Source: Octopus bimaculoides (lineage: Eukaryota). Taken from it: a stretch of DNA of 64,000 nt. Position 1 is the first letter of the stretch. Each line of letters begins with the position of its first letter. The stretch lies in contig NC_068988.1 in the NCBI RefSeq assembly GCF_001194135.2, forward strand, positions 95,612,421 through 95,676,420. Direction: 5' to 3'. Below the pieces are notes generated by a model. It was given only the letters and a program-made list of their open reading frames with translations, was not told the origin of the DNA and did no database searches. Shown one piece after another: positions 14,801-29,900 of this stretch. Both the position numbers and the translations under genes were made by a program.

Positions 14801-17800
14801 GTTNNNNNNNNNNNNNNNNNNNNNNNNNNNNNNNNNNNNNNNNNNNNNNNNNNNNNNNNNNNNNNNNNNNNNNNNNNNNNNNNNNNNNNNNNNNNNNNNN
14901 NNNNNNNNNNNNNNNNNNNNNNNNNNNNNNNNNNNNNNNNNNNNNNNNNNNNNNNNNNNNNNNNNNNNNNNNNNNNNNNNNNNNNNNNNNNNNNNNNNNN
15001 NNNNNNNNNNNNNNNNNNNNNNNNNNNNNNNNNNNNNNNNNNNNNNNNNNNNNNNNNNNNNNNNNNNNNNNNNNNNNNNNNGGTTGAATTTCTACAATCT
15101 GAGTTCAAACTTTTCCTGATGCTGTTTTCCACCCTTGGCCAGTCCCTGATTAGGCAAACCTATGATGAAAGGAACAGGTAGGAAATTGTAGAGGACCACC
15201 AACCATTCTGGAGAGAAATTATTGACCATAGGGGTTATTGTAGGGAACCGGGGAAGACAAGGAGAATATGAGTAATGAGAGAAGCTAGATAACCCTTTTG
15301 ATTTTCGGAACATTGAAGAATTCCTCTTCCAGTTGTGTATTTTAGGGCTGACAGCCTATCAGACTGGCATAAGGAAGTGGTTCTAAACCCTAATTTTTTA
15401 CCTACATGTCCCCTTTTGCTACTGTTTTACTTTAGTAGGCACCCATTGTAATTTGGGGTTTTAAAACCTAGTTTTAGAGATAGTTTTTTCAAACTTCCTA
15501 TTTTGTTTCTAACAAAGTGTTTGAGAAAGAAACACAGTCGTTTCTTGCAATGAATATGTCTCAAGCAAAATATATTCTGATTTCTTAAAATACTGTGGAT
15601 CCCTAAGTTGCTATTTTGCTCGCATGAACTGCCAAACCTATTGTATGGACCCCATTTGAGAACTACTGGTATCCCTGAGATACAGCAGATTAATTATAAC
15701 ATCAGATATGAGAGATATCAGTGTTACGGGAGAAACACACACAGGAGATATCAAACATGGTAGAACATAAGATAGAGATATGAAGGAGAGTAGCAAAACA
15801 ATTATGAGAGATATCAAAATTGGTAGAACAACAGATATCATGGGTATAAGAGTGAGTAAAACATCAGATATGAAAGATATTGGAGTTATTAGAACATCGG
15901 ATGAAAGGGATATCAGAGTCAGTAGATGATCAGGTAGAAAGTGTATCATAGACAGGGGAACATCAGGCATCAGAGAGATTACAGTAACTGTGATCGCAGG
16001 TGTGACATCAGATGAAGAATAGATATGAGTGAGAAGAAAAACTGGTAAAGAAGACATCGTTGGTGACGAATAAGAGTCCGTGACTTTAAAGAGCATCAGA
16101 TATAAGAAACTAAGTAGCAAGTAGAACATCAAATAAAACAAATATCAAAGATTATGAGACATGTCATAGTCATGTGATGTCAAAGGTGAGAATGGACAGG
16201 GTTCCAATGGCATCAGGTGAAATAGATAACAAGATATCAGAAGAAGAACATTAATGAAACGAGAGATGAGAATGAACAGGGGTAGTATAACGCCAGGGAA
16301 AACTGATATCGGAATATGTAAGACACATTGCATTATTAGAATGTCAGACATAAGAATCAACAGGAACAGCATAACATCATGTGACAGAGATGTTAAAAGA
16401 CATCAGAGATATCAGATTCATAAAATGTCAGACATGACACTGAATATGGTAGGTATAACGCCAATTGAAATGGAGATCAGAGATATCAGATTAATACAAG
16501 AAGAGATTAGAATCAACAGGGACAGTATTACATCAGGTCAAACAGATATCAGAAGATATAAAAATCAGATTCGTAAAACAGGAAATAAGCATGAACTGGG
16601 TTAGTATAATGCCAGATGAAACGTATCAATAGATATCACAAAAATCATATTAATAAAATAAAAGAGAAGACTGAAGAAAATTCATAAAACATGAGGTGAA
16701 ACAGATATCAGAAGATATGAGAACAAATCAGATAAATGAAACAGGAGATGGGAATGAAGAGACTTAGTTTAGCATCAATTGAAAAAGATATCAGAGGATA
16801 TCAGTAACAGCACAACAGAAGAGATTGAACAGGATTAGTATAACATCACCTGAAACAGATATCACATGATATCACAAATACGAGATTAATGGAACAACAG
16901 ATGAATATGAGCAGGGTCAGTATAGTATCATGTGAAATAGATACCAGAAGATATGAGAAGAAGCAAAATTATGAAAGATGACAGATTGATGATCAACAGG
17001 ATTACTATAATACCATGTGAAAGAGATATAAGAAGAAGACAGCAAAATGCAATTGGTGAAGCGTGAGACGGGGACATAAGTATAATGGCATGTGAAACAA
17101 ATATCAGAAGATATCACAAAACTCATCAGGTGAAACAGATGGCATAAGATATATATGAGAAAAATCAGATTGATAAAATGAGAGATGAGGATGACCAGGA
17201 TTAATACAACCTAAGATGAAAGAGATGTCACAAGATATGAGAAAAATCAGATTGATAAAACAAGAGATGAGGATAAATTGGCTTAGTACAACATTGCAAT
17301 AGATACCAGAAGACATCAGGAAAAAAAATAGAGAAGAGGATGAAAAGGATTAGTAAAAAATCTGATGAAAAATATATAATAGTATATCACAAAAATCAGA
17401 TTTGTTAAACAAGATATGAGAATAACCAGGTATACTACAGCATCAGGTAAAACTGACATTAAAAGATATCAGAAAAAATATACTGATGAAAGAAGATGAT
17501 AATGGATTAGAGAAACGAAAGGTGAGGACAGGCAGGGATATTACAATATCAGAAGGAATCTTTTACTTGTTTTAGTCACAAGGTAGATCCAGCCCCTGTC
17601 TTTGTGTTGGTGAGATAAGAATCAAAAACAGAAGCCATATCCACCTAATATTTATATGCTTCTACTACTAGTTGCATATCCTAGACTTTTTGCAAACTAC
17701 ATCTAACCAAAATTATAAAGTAATTCTGAGCCCCCAGAAACAGCTGTCGGACTTGTAGCACCTTACCTTCTCCCTTTAATTTCCTGTCTCTGTACTTCAT

Positions 17801-19158
17801 TTAAATCTGCTCTGTTAATATATATATATATATATATTATTTATGCATGAATATTTTCAGCCTCTCTTTACATGTATACAAGTATATTTTATATCTCTAG
17901 CCCAAGCGGTTTTCTTTGTTTACTTATATCATTATTCCCATATCTATTCCCCTGCTTTCCTCTTAGAGCCATTCTGTACCCAATGGACTTGGTCCTCGCT
18001 AAAGATTTCAAAATCTAAGTTCAAATCCTTTGAGTGCTACGCAGTGTTTTCTACATTGAGCATCTCTGGGTCTCACATTTTGACTCTCTTTCTTTCTCTC
18101 TCTCTCTCTCTGTGTATGTGTGTGTATAAAAACTCCATGGGTCACAAATGACCATGGGTGCACCTAAGAGGTTCCCCTCCGGGGTACAAGTCTGAGTGGA
18201 AAGTCGCCTCATTGGCAAACGCACAACCTGNNNNNNNNNNNNNNNNNNNNGGGGGGGGGGGGTTATGGAAGACTGGCTCCCATGCAGGTAGCACATAAAA
18301 AAACACCTTTTGATTGTTGACAGAACCGCCAGACTGGCCCTCATGCCTGTGGCACGTAAAAGCACCCACTACACTCTCGGAGTGGTTGGCGTGAGGAAGG
18401 GCATCCAACTGTAGAAACCTTGCCAGAGCAGATTGAGCCTGGTGCAGCCTTCTGGCTCACTAGTCCTCAGCCAAACCATCCAACCCATGCCAGCATGGAA
18501 AGCAGATGTTAAACGACAATGATGATGATGATAGAAGGCTTCTTTCAGTGTCCTTCTTCAAAATCCACTCACAAGGCTTTGGTCAGGTCAAGGCTATAGT
18601 TACCCAAGATGCCAAAACGACGTAGCTGCAAAGCAAATTCCCTCAGCACAGAATCTGTGCAAATCATTGATTTATTTCTGAGTTCTGTATTCGTTATTTT
18701 TATGTCAGCAGACAGGTGGGGGTGGAGGGGGTCTGTTTGTTTTGCTGAAACTAATGATGATGATGATGATGATGATGATGATTGTAAAACAATTGTTTTT
18801 GGAGATGAACATTGTTTTGATGATTAAATAGTCATCAGTGGAAAACATTTATGGTCAGAAGCAAAGAAAACTGGAATCACAAACCACATTCAGAAAGAAA
18901 AAAAATACACATCTACAGAGCAATTTGAACCTGGGACCATTTGGTGTGCATTAACTGAACCTCACAGTTTCTGTCGGTTATATTAACACAGAATTAACAT
19001 TTGCAGATAAAATTATTGGTTTGAAAGTTAAATCTGTTTCTAAATCATAGAATTCTTCTAGAAATAGCATAAACTTCCATATTTCCTCAGTGGAAAACTT
19101 CACAAAATTCCTTGAGTACATTGAAAGTTGGTAGCAGAGTGTGTGTATGTATGTGTAT

Positions 19159-19226
<68 letters not shown>

Positions 19227-19387
19227 AGGTATGTATGAATGAATGCATGTATATATATATATATATGCATGTTTATATATATAAATATATATGTATATAT
19301 ACATATATATGCATGTATATATACATATATATGTATGTATATATATATATACATATATATGTATATATACATATATATGTATGTATT

Positions 19388-19452
<65 letters not shown>

Positions 19453-19497
19453 NNNNNNNNNNNNNNNNNNNNNNNNNNNNNNNNNNNNNNNNNNNNN

Positions 19498-19547
<50 letters not shown>

Positions 19548-22500
19548 GTATGTATGTATACATATATATATGGTGTTGGCTTGAAATAATTAGCCATGAA
19601 TTTTAATAAGCCAAACCAACTTGATACTTTGGTTTTCTGTCTGAAAGGTGGTTGCCTCCAATCATGTCGACAGTCACAAGAAGAAGGAGAAAGTTCCGAA
19701 ATGACTAAGTGCTGACAAGGATAGAATTTTCAACAGTGCAACTGACAGCATCCTGGGCCTAAAGGCTAGTTGAAGACAACCAATGGGGACGGTTCCATTG
19801 AAGGAGAAGACAAATTCTGTGGCTGAATGAAACATGACGTTGATAAGAGAGAGGCAACAATCAGAAGTGTGAGGAAGAAGTTTCCAAAATGATTTGATAC
19901 CTTCAACTTAGAGAAACACTAAAAGAAAAAGGGAGAGGTTTATTGTGTTGACGAATAGAATAGGATGTGATTAGGGTTGACCAAAGAAGCTTCTGCCTTT
20001 TCTTTTATGTTTTACTTGTGTCAGTCATTGGGCTGTTGCCATGCTGGGGCACCACCTCAAACAGTATGGTCAAACAAATTAATCCATATCTATCAATACT
20101 GAAACCAGTAGAAACCAAATTAAAAATATCCATATCTATACTTGATTTCAAAGCTGGAAACTCAGAGAGAGAGAGAGAGGGGGGAATGCATGAAAAGAGA
20201 AGGTGAGAGAAAAACTGGCAAAAGAGGCATCAGATAAGGTGTGAAGGAGAGACATGTGTGCTGGTATGGTCAAGTGATGTGTATGGTTGAGGACAGCTGT
20301 GTAAAGAAGTGTCAATCTCGAACTGTGGAGGGAACCTGTGGAAGAGGTAGACCCAGGAAGATGTGCGATGAGGAAGCGAGGACATAGACCCAGGAAGATG
20401 AGGGATGAGGTGGTGAAGCCTTATGGAGGTGATGACTGGTGACCGAGACCTTTAGCGATATGCTGTGCTTGAGAAGACTCGTGAAGCCAAGTGAAACCGT
20501 TTGAAAATACTTGGGGCTGGTGACATATAACAGCTTGCATGCCAGTGGCACATGGAGGAACCCACTTCAGTGACACATGGAGGCACCCACTTCACTCTCA
20601 AGAGCGGCTAGCATTAGGAAGGGCATCCAGCTGTAGGAACCAGGCCGAAACAGACTGGAACTTGGTGCAGCTCTCCAGCTTACCAGTTCCAGTCAAACCA
20701 TCCAACCCATGCCAGCAAGGAAAGCAAACAATAAATGATGATGATGAGGATGATAATGTGTGTGTGTATGTGTGTGTGTGTATGTGTGTGTGTGTATGTG
20801 TGTGTGTGTATGTGTGTGTGTGTATGCATACACACTGATACACACGTCCAGGAAATATGGAATAAAAGTACAATAAAGTGCCAAAAAATAAAAAGAAAAG
20901 GAAGGTTGGAAATAGTTGCTGCAGTAAATATGATTCGAGATGAATGATAGAAATATCAGAGTGGGGGTGNNNNNNNNNNNNNNNNNNNNNNNNNNNNNNN
21001 NNNNNNNNNNNNNNNNNNNNNNNNNNNNNNNNNNNNNNNNNNNNNNNNNNNNNNNNNNNNNNNNNNNNNNNNNNNNNNNNNNNNNNNNNNNNNNNNNNNN
21101 NNNNNNNNNNNNNNNNNNNNNNNNNNNNNNNNNNNNNNNNNNNNNNNNNNNNNNNNNNNNNNNNNNNNNNNNNNNNNNNNNNNNNNNNNNNNNNNNNNNN
21201 NNNNNNNNNNNNNNNNNNNNNNNNNNNNNNNNNNNNNNNNNNNNNNNNNNNNNNNNNNNNNNNNNNNNNNNNNNNNNNNNNNNNNNNNNNNNNNNNNNNN
21301 NNNNNNNNNNNNNNNNNNNNNNNNNNNNNNNNNNNNNNNNNNNNNNNNNNNNNNNNNNNNNNNNNNNNNNNNNNNNNNNNNNNNNNNNNNNNNNNNNNNN
21401 NNNNNNNNNNNNNNNNNNNNNNNNNNNNNNNNNNNNNNNNNNNNNNNNNNNNNNNNNNNNNNNNNNNNNNNNNNNNNNNNNNNNNNNNNNNNNNNNNNNN
21501 NNNNNNNNNNNNNNNNNNNNNNNNNNNNNNNNNNNNNNNNNNNNNNNNNNNNNNNNNNNNNNNNNNNNNNNNNNNNNNNNNNNNNNNNNNNNNNNNNNNN
21601 NNNNNNNNNNNNNNNNNNNNNNNNNNNNNNNNNNNNNNNNNNNNNNNNNNNNNNNNNNNNNNNNNNNNNNNNNNNNNNNNNNNNNNNNNNNNNNNNNNNN
21701 NNNNNNNNNNNNTCCAATATTGTTGTTGTTGTTATTGTTGTTGTTGTTATTGTTGTTGTTGTTGCTTTCAAAATGGAATTTTATTTGAAGATTTGCATGC
21801 CACCGTCAGCTAATATACATTTGATTAGAGTTTGAGAAATAAGTGAATCGCGCACACGTATATATATATATATATATATATATAAACATACCCAGATACA
21901 CACACACACACACACAAACATATATATACATACACAAACACATATATATACACACACAAACACAAATATATACACAAACACACATATACACTCACACACA
22001 CATATATTCACACAAACACACACACCTACACACAGAAGTAAGAAAGAAGGTCAAACAACATTGATAACAAAATAAATATAAAAAAAACAAAAGCATAAAT
22101 GTGTATATATAAAATATACAAATGAATAAAGAAAGAAAATAAAACAGAAAATCTAAAGCTAATTATCCAAAAAACAAAAGCAAAATTCGAGTGGTTAATT
22201 AGCTGTACATTGTAATTAAAATGACAATTGTGCACCTATTCCACATGTATTTTGGAAGCATTAAACCGTCTTTTCCTCCCTTTCTGATTTGGTGCTTTCT
22301 TTCTTAACGGAGAATGTTCCACTTGAAACATTTACATTTTTCTCACAGAAATTTTTAAAGCAGCCAATGAAGAGAACCTCTGAGTGGTTACTATATCTGC
22401 CAGAAATAGCAGCTAAATCTACTGCAAACCACACCTTACCATTTAGGTGGTGGATGGACAGAATTGTTAGGGAGTCAGAATTAGAGCTGACAGAATTGGT

Positions 22501-24287
22501 TTTGTTCTGCAATTTCAGAGTTGAAAACCAGTAGAGGGCAGGATTATTTCAATGTTAACTGAGTATCAGTACCAGTGGTGCACTGGGGTCAACTTACATT
22601 CCTATAATACATCCTAGATGTGAACAGTATCTTGTTTTGGCAGGGTTTCTACAGCTGGTTTCAAATTTTGCTACAAAGGCAGTAATTTTGGGGCAGGGGT
22701 TGAGTCGATTACAGTTGAGTTCAATGTTGAGTCCAGTTGAGTTCGATGAAGAGCGATTAAACCAACTTTTGCACGAAAATTTTCGTCAAACGACGAGAGA
22801 ACTGGCAGAGAAAATGGAATGCTCCCACACTGCTATAAAGAAGCATCTTCACTCGATGGGAAAGGTTCGGAAGTATGGAGCATGGATTCCGCATGCTTTA
22901 AGTGACAACAAAAATCAACGAACAATCTCCGCTGGTTTGCTTGCTCGTCACCGCTCTACTCATGGACACAAGCAATGATTTCTTTACTGAATCCTTACTG
23001 GCGACGAAAAATGGTGCATGTACATCAATATGAAGCTTTGTAAGGAATGGCTTAACTCCTGTAAACAAGTGAGACCGCACGTGAAACAAGATCTTCGTCT
23101 GTGTAAAACGATGTTGTGCGTATGGCGGGACTGGGAAGGGATTATCCATTACGAATTGCTTGAATGGAACCAAACATTCAATGTGGAACTCTACGTTCAA
23201 CGGATGGAACAACTCAACATGGCTATTCAAGAGAAAAGACGTAATCGTCAGCATGGAGTTCTTCTGCTGCACGACAACGCCTGCCCTCATATCGCCAATA
23301 TGACCAAGGAAGCAATTCAAACGCATGGCTGGGAAGTGCTGCCACACCCGCCGTACTGTCCTGATTTGGCACCAATGGATTTCCACCTCTTTCGATCTCT
23401 TTCAAATGCTTTTCGCGGAGTTTCGTTCAATACTGATGCAGAATTGAGAGCTTGGTTGGATCAATTTTTCGAGTCGAAATCGGGTGATTTCTACCAACGA
23501 GGTATTGAAAATCTTGTTGAACGTTGGGAAGAAGTTGTAAACAACAAGGGTGAATACATTGTTGATTAATTAGTTGTTATTTTCTATTAAACCTTTTAAA
23601 AAAATTTTAATTTTAAAAAACGGCAGGAACTTAGTTGCCAACCTAATAAAATGCAAAATAACTTAACAGTGCAGATGTGTTCCATAGCCATCATGACTCT
23701 ACCATGATGTCATCTATGATATTAATCAAAGACAATTTTAGGTCTCAATCACACCCCACTCCCTCTAAGCAAAGCATGCATGTCTACTAAAGGGGAAGAT
23801 CACAATTACAACTGACACTATACAACCTTGTTATAGTCAGAACGATACATGTCCTTCCAGATGAAATACAAACTCTTACCTTACTTGGAAACAGGTGAGG
23901 GTTGGCAACAGGAAGAACATCCAGCTGTAAAAAAATCTGCCAAAACAAATTTTGTCTGACCCATGCAAACATGGAAATGATGATGATGATGATGATGATG
24001 ATGATATGACGGTCAAATACAACTCCCCTGGTGGCTTTTGACTGCCTTTAGCAGTGCCTGACAAGGTTTCTTACGCATGCTAGCACAGACGACAGACATT
24101 AAGTGATGATCATCATCATGGTTTTCATCTCTTTCCCTAATCAACAGCAGAAACCCTGCAAAAGCCCTCATCACTGTTTTTCCTCCACAACCCATAAGAC
24201 TGGCACACTCCGTCAGACAAGAGTTCCAGTTGATCCAACCAAAGCCTTGTGAGTGGATTTAGTAGACAGAAACTGAAAGAAGACTAT

Positions 24288-24323
<36 letters not shown>

Positions 24324-26953
24324 TGTGTGTGCGCTTGTCCCTGTACTATCAGTTGACAACCGATGTCGGTGTGTTTACGTCCCCTTAACTTAGCGCAACT
24401 CGGCAAAAGAGACCAATAGAATAAGTACTAGGCTTACAAAGAATAAGTCCTGGGGTCGATTTGCTCGACTAAAGGCAGTGCTCCAGCATGGCCACAGTCA
24501 AATGACTGAAACAAGTAAAAGCATAAAAGAATACAGATCAGCATGCCATGCTGGACTCGGTTCTTTCTCAAATCTTTTAGTGTTCCTGACATTCCTTTCG
24601 ACTGACAACCAATTCCTTTCTAACTTTGTATTACTCAGATAATTCTCAGACGGTTTCTTTTTCCCCACAATTTAATTCTTTGATCATATCTGTTCAGTGT
24701 CTGCTAGAAACCATTTCATTTCATGTTACAAACAAACCAAGAAGGGAGCCTCTAGATGGCTTCTTAAACAGCTAGAAATAGCAGCCAAATACCACTCAAA
24801 TCACACACACCCTACAATTTTAGCCCTATGTCTAACTTTATCCTGCACCTGGGCTTCTGAGCCCCAAAATAAATAGTTGCATCTACAGCTCACAAGTAGC
24901 GATTGCAGGCTGACCAATGGACAGAATTGGCTGCTGCTTCTATTTCTACATATGTTGCTCATTACTTCTTTACCAAGATTCCAGCAGAGGATAATGTTTC
25001 ACTTCTTCCCAATATAGCAGGAATATGGCATGACCGGGTTAGGAAAAGCCACATGATATAATAAATTCTATAAATACCCCACCAAAAACAGGAGGGTCAT
25101 GGCTGTATTGTCTTTGATCATAGACCTGCTTGACCAATACTGACTACAACAACAACAAAGGGAAAATGACCAAGAACAACGCCCACCCACTTCATTTCCC
25201 CCACCCTGACTTCATTGGAAACATTTTATCTGTGTACTTTAACAAATTAGGGTTTGTTTTGCTAATTATCCCAAATTACCATATCCCCAGTGTTAACCCT
25301 ACAATATAACTCGAGCTAACAGCAGAGAAAGTATCTCTAAGTAATTAAATTCAGAAAAAAAGAAATGACTTATAATTAAAAACAATATTTTTAATTAATT
25401 AAAATAATTTTAAAATGTATAACTTAAAAGTAATATAAATATATTTTTGTATAATTAATAATAATAATATTCATCTAATTAAAATTTTCACTCTATTAAT
25501 ATATTTTTCTCTTTAATATTTTCTCCTGAGACCAGAAATAATGATTCGTTACTTACAGAGGAGAGCAACTGCTGAACATGGCAAGTTGATCTCATCAACC
25601 TCCCCCAAGAGATTACTGGTATTTATCAAGCACCCTTCACACACAGGTAACTCTGTTAAGATTTGAACTCAAAACCAAGAGGAACAAACTAAATAATTGT
25701 AATTGATTTCGTCCAATATTCTAACGATGCCATCTTAGCCATTTTTTAAATGAGATTAACGACACTGGAGCTCAACACAGCGATGCAGCTTGCTGTCCTT
25801 GTCAAACCATCCAACCCATACCAGCATGGGAAAGCAGACATATGAGGATGATGATGATGATGATGATGGTGATGAGGAATATTGATTTATACATATGAGA
25901 CACATCCACAAAGTTTAGAAGAAGGTGGGAGGGAGAAAGAGATATTGTTGGTGAAACTGATCCAGTACTTCATATATCAGTCCCTGGAGGATAAAAAATA
26001 AAGTTGATGTTGGTAGGATTTGAAACTGAAATGAAGAGGTTTTTACAAACCATTTAATCCTTTTAACATTTAAACTGGCCACATTCAATGCTGCCTGACT
26101 GGCTCCCCTGCCAGTGGCACGTACAAAGCACCATTCGAGCATGGTCAATGCCAGTGGCACCTGACTGGTCCCCATGCTTGTGGCACGTAAAAAGCACCCA
26201 CTACACTCTCGGAGTGGTTGGCATTAGGAAGGGCATCCAGCTGTAGAAACCTTGCCAGATCAGATTGGAGCCTGGTGCAGCCTTCTGGTTTTCCAGTCTT
26301 CAGTCAAACTGTCCAACCCATGCCAGCATGGAAAGCAGATGTTAAACGATTATGATGATTCAGCCCAAATATTCTAATCTCTTTATATTCAATCCAGCCA
26401 GCTCCAGCCTCTCACACAAGCCCTACAATGTCAATCTAAAAATAAACACATCATTGAAATCTCAAAGTTACAAGATAATGCAGGATTTTTTCTCAGCAAT
26501 ATGAATAAAAAAAGCAGCATTACATTTGACAGAGTAATGTGAATCCTAAAAAGGTCGATGTCCCCACCATTTCCTCTCACCCACCTTCATAAAAACTAGG
26601 GTTAATAGGACTAACCAATCTTCTCCCCACAGAGCTGCTGGCCTTGTGCCAAAATTAGAAACCATTATTATTATTATTAAAATTTATCAAAAGGTGAGTG
26701 AACGGAGGTTACACCTATAGAAAAAAAAAGGAATATAAACGGAAAAGGGGCTCTCTCCCTGTTTGACCAGGCTCCCGTGTTTTTTTTTTTAAAGAGCCTC
26801 CCCCTATTGGGAGTTTTACTTGTTAAATTTCTTGTTATCATATGTTTACAAGGACCTTTCTTTTTCACAAAACCCTTTCTACTTTTCGTCCTGTGTTTGT
26901 CCTTACATGTTTTTGATTTATATTAGCCCTTGTGGCCAATAAAACCAGAATTA

Positions 26954-26985
<32 letters not shown>

Positions 26986-29900
26986 GGTGGCGAGCTGGCA
27001 GAAACATTAGCACACCTGACAAAATACTTAGCAGTATTTCATCTGCCGCTACATTCTGAGTTCAAATTCCACCGAGGTCAACTTTGCCTTTCGTCCTTTC
27101 GGGGTGGATAAATTAAGTACCAGTGAAACACTGGGGTCGGTGTAATCAACTCATCCCCTCCCCGAAAATTATTTCCCTAGTGGCAAAATTTGAAACCATC
27201 ATTATTATTATAATTATTATTATTATTAGTATAATTATTATTATTATTATTATACTATAAAACTTAAGTAGTTATTATCATTATTAATGTTAAGGTAGGA
27301 GAATCGTTAGCACACTGGTTAAAACACTTAGTGGCATTTAGTCTGAGTTCAAATTCTGCCGAGGTTGATTTTGCCCATCTTTTCAGAGTCAATGAAATAA
27401 GTACCAGTTATGTACTGGGGGTCAATGTAATTGACTTATCTCCTTCCCCAAAATTGCNNNNNNNNNNNNNNNNNNNNNNNNNNNNNNNNNNNNNNNNNNN
27501 NNNNNNNNNNNNNNNNNNNNNNNNNNNNNNNNNNNNNNNNNNNNNNNNNNNNNNNNNNNNNNNNNNNNNNNNNNNNNNNNNNNNNNNNNNNNNNNNNNNN
27601 NNNNNNNNNNNNNNNNNNNNNNNNNNNNNNNNNNNNNNNNNNNNNNNNNNNNNNNNNNNNNNNNNNNNNNNNNNNNNNNNNNNNNNNNNNNNNNNNNNNN
27701 NNNNNNNNNNNNNNNNNNNNNNNNNNNNNNNNNNNNNNNNNNNNNNNNNNNNNNNNNNNNNNNNNNNNNNNNNNNNNNNNNNNNNNNNNNNNNNNNNNNN
27801 NNNNNNNNNNNNCTAAGAATTCTAGTTAGCTAACATAAAGAGGTCACTGTTTGTGAGTTTGATCTTCTAACGTAGAGCAAATCATAAACTTTATCCATGC
27901 TTGGTTGAAACCTTAAAAAGATCTTGAGAGAGATTTAATAAAACATGCATTCGATTCACACGTGGATGCTATGAAGCCATCTTCTGAGCTACTTTGCCAA
28001 TCAAATCGTAATAAAACAACAAATGTTCAGGTCGATGATCATCACAGCCTTGCTGCTGCTGCTGTTGTTGTTGTTGTTGGTTGTGGTGGTGGTGAGGAGG
28101 AGGAGGAGGAGGAGGAGAAGGAGCTTCTGTTGCTCTGCTTCTTTCAGCTCAGATATTTTAGTTTATGAAGCATTCAGTTAATATTTCTTATCAAAAGGGA
28201 CCAGTTTTACTTTTGGTGGGTGTGTGTGTTCCTCATCATCATTTAAAAAAAAAGGTTCGTTTTCCATGCTGCCGAGGATTAAACAGTCTGACAGGCGCTG
28301 GCAAGCCAGAGAGTTGCACCAGGCTCCAGTTGTGTGTTTTGGCAAAGCTTCTATGGCTAAATTCCCTTCCTGATGCCAACCAATTTACAGAGTGGACTGG
28401 GTGCCTTGTTATGTGACACCAGCATTGGTACTTCCTGGAGGGCACCATCAGCAATGATGCTTTTTACAAAGTCATCACCATCATCACCACCATTTAACAT
28501 CTGCTTTCCATGCTGGCATGGGTTAGATGGATCCCGGTCTGAATCACCATGGTTTCTACAGCTGGATGCCCTTCCTAATGCCAACCACTCCACAGATTGT
28601 AATGGGTGCTTTTTATGTGCCACCGGCACAGATGCCATCAACAGCCATGACTACGATTTCACTTGGCTTGATGAGTCTTCTCAAATGCAGAACTTCACAA
28701 AAGGTCCCATCGCTTGTCATCGCCTCCATGAGGCCCAACATTTGAAGATCACGCTCCTGGCAACAGTCACGATTGCGATTTCACAGGTACCATTCACATT
28801 ACCCCAGCAACGGCCACACGTACAATTTCACTTGGCTTGACAAGTCTTCCCAAGCTCAGCATATCACCAAAGGTCTCGGTCACTTGTGATCACCTTCAAA
28901 GATCATGCTTCACCACCTCGTTCCATGTCTTCCTGGGTCTACCTCTTCCACAGGTTCCCTCCACAGAGACCAACACTTCTTTACACAGCTGTGCTCGTCC
29001 ATACGCATCACATGGCCATACAAGCACAACACACTACATCTGATGCCTTTTATGCCCAGTTTTTCTCTCAAGGCATTTACGCTCTGTCATATGCACACAC
29101 TGACATTGCAACATATATATAGTCTCTTAAAATGTTTCATTACACAGAAGTGAAAAATGACAATTTTAGGGCACAGCAAATGGGTCATGCAATGCATATG
29201 AAAGGTTGATGTCTAACTCCAGGTCCATTCAGCCCAGACTGGACACTGATTTGTTCAGCCCTGACCCAAGATCAAAGTCACCTGGCCCATGACCATCTGG
29301 TTTTTGTTATTGTCTTTTGTTCATTTTTTACAAATATAACTTATCTGAGACTATATTGTGTAAATAGGAACTTTGTTTTTAAAAAAATATCAAAATGTAA
29401 TTCAAGAGATTTGGCTGTTATTTCTAGCAAATTGAACAAACAAAGTAGAAGTTATCTCAAAGTAGATCGGTGATAAATAATAATACAAAAAAAAAATTGA
29501 AAATAGAGAAATGGAAATAAAAACCCAGTTTCAACCTAAATATAACCCCTATTTCTAGCATTACACATAGCCTCATACAGGAACAGAAATGAGACTGATG
29601 TGATGTTCATCCATTTCCCCAACAATATTAGTAACAATTGTTGAATTTTTATCTTGGGTTTGAGCCAAGGCCTCAAAAATCATCATTAGGCACCAATTCC
29701 GTATCTCCAGACAAACCAATTTCACAGACAGATGGAACCTGATTTTCCATGGCCACCAAAATGTGGTACTATACAGGAACATTATCCATATCTAAGCACC
29801 AGAAACTATTTTATAAGAGAGGAGAAAAAGTGATTTTGTGACAGTCATGCTTTACTCAAAGATATTAGCAGCTTATGTGAAGGGAAGAGATTTTGATATT

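Noticed and set aside
13621-21813. ORFs of 100-290 aa composed mostly of X
   Set aside because: They span N gaps and carry no coding information.
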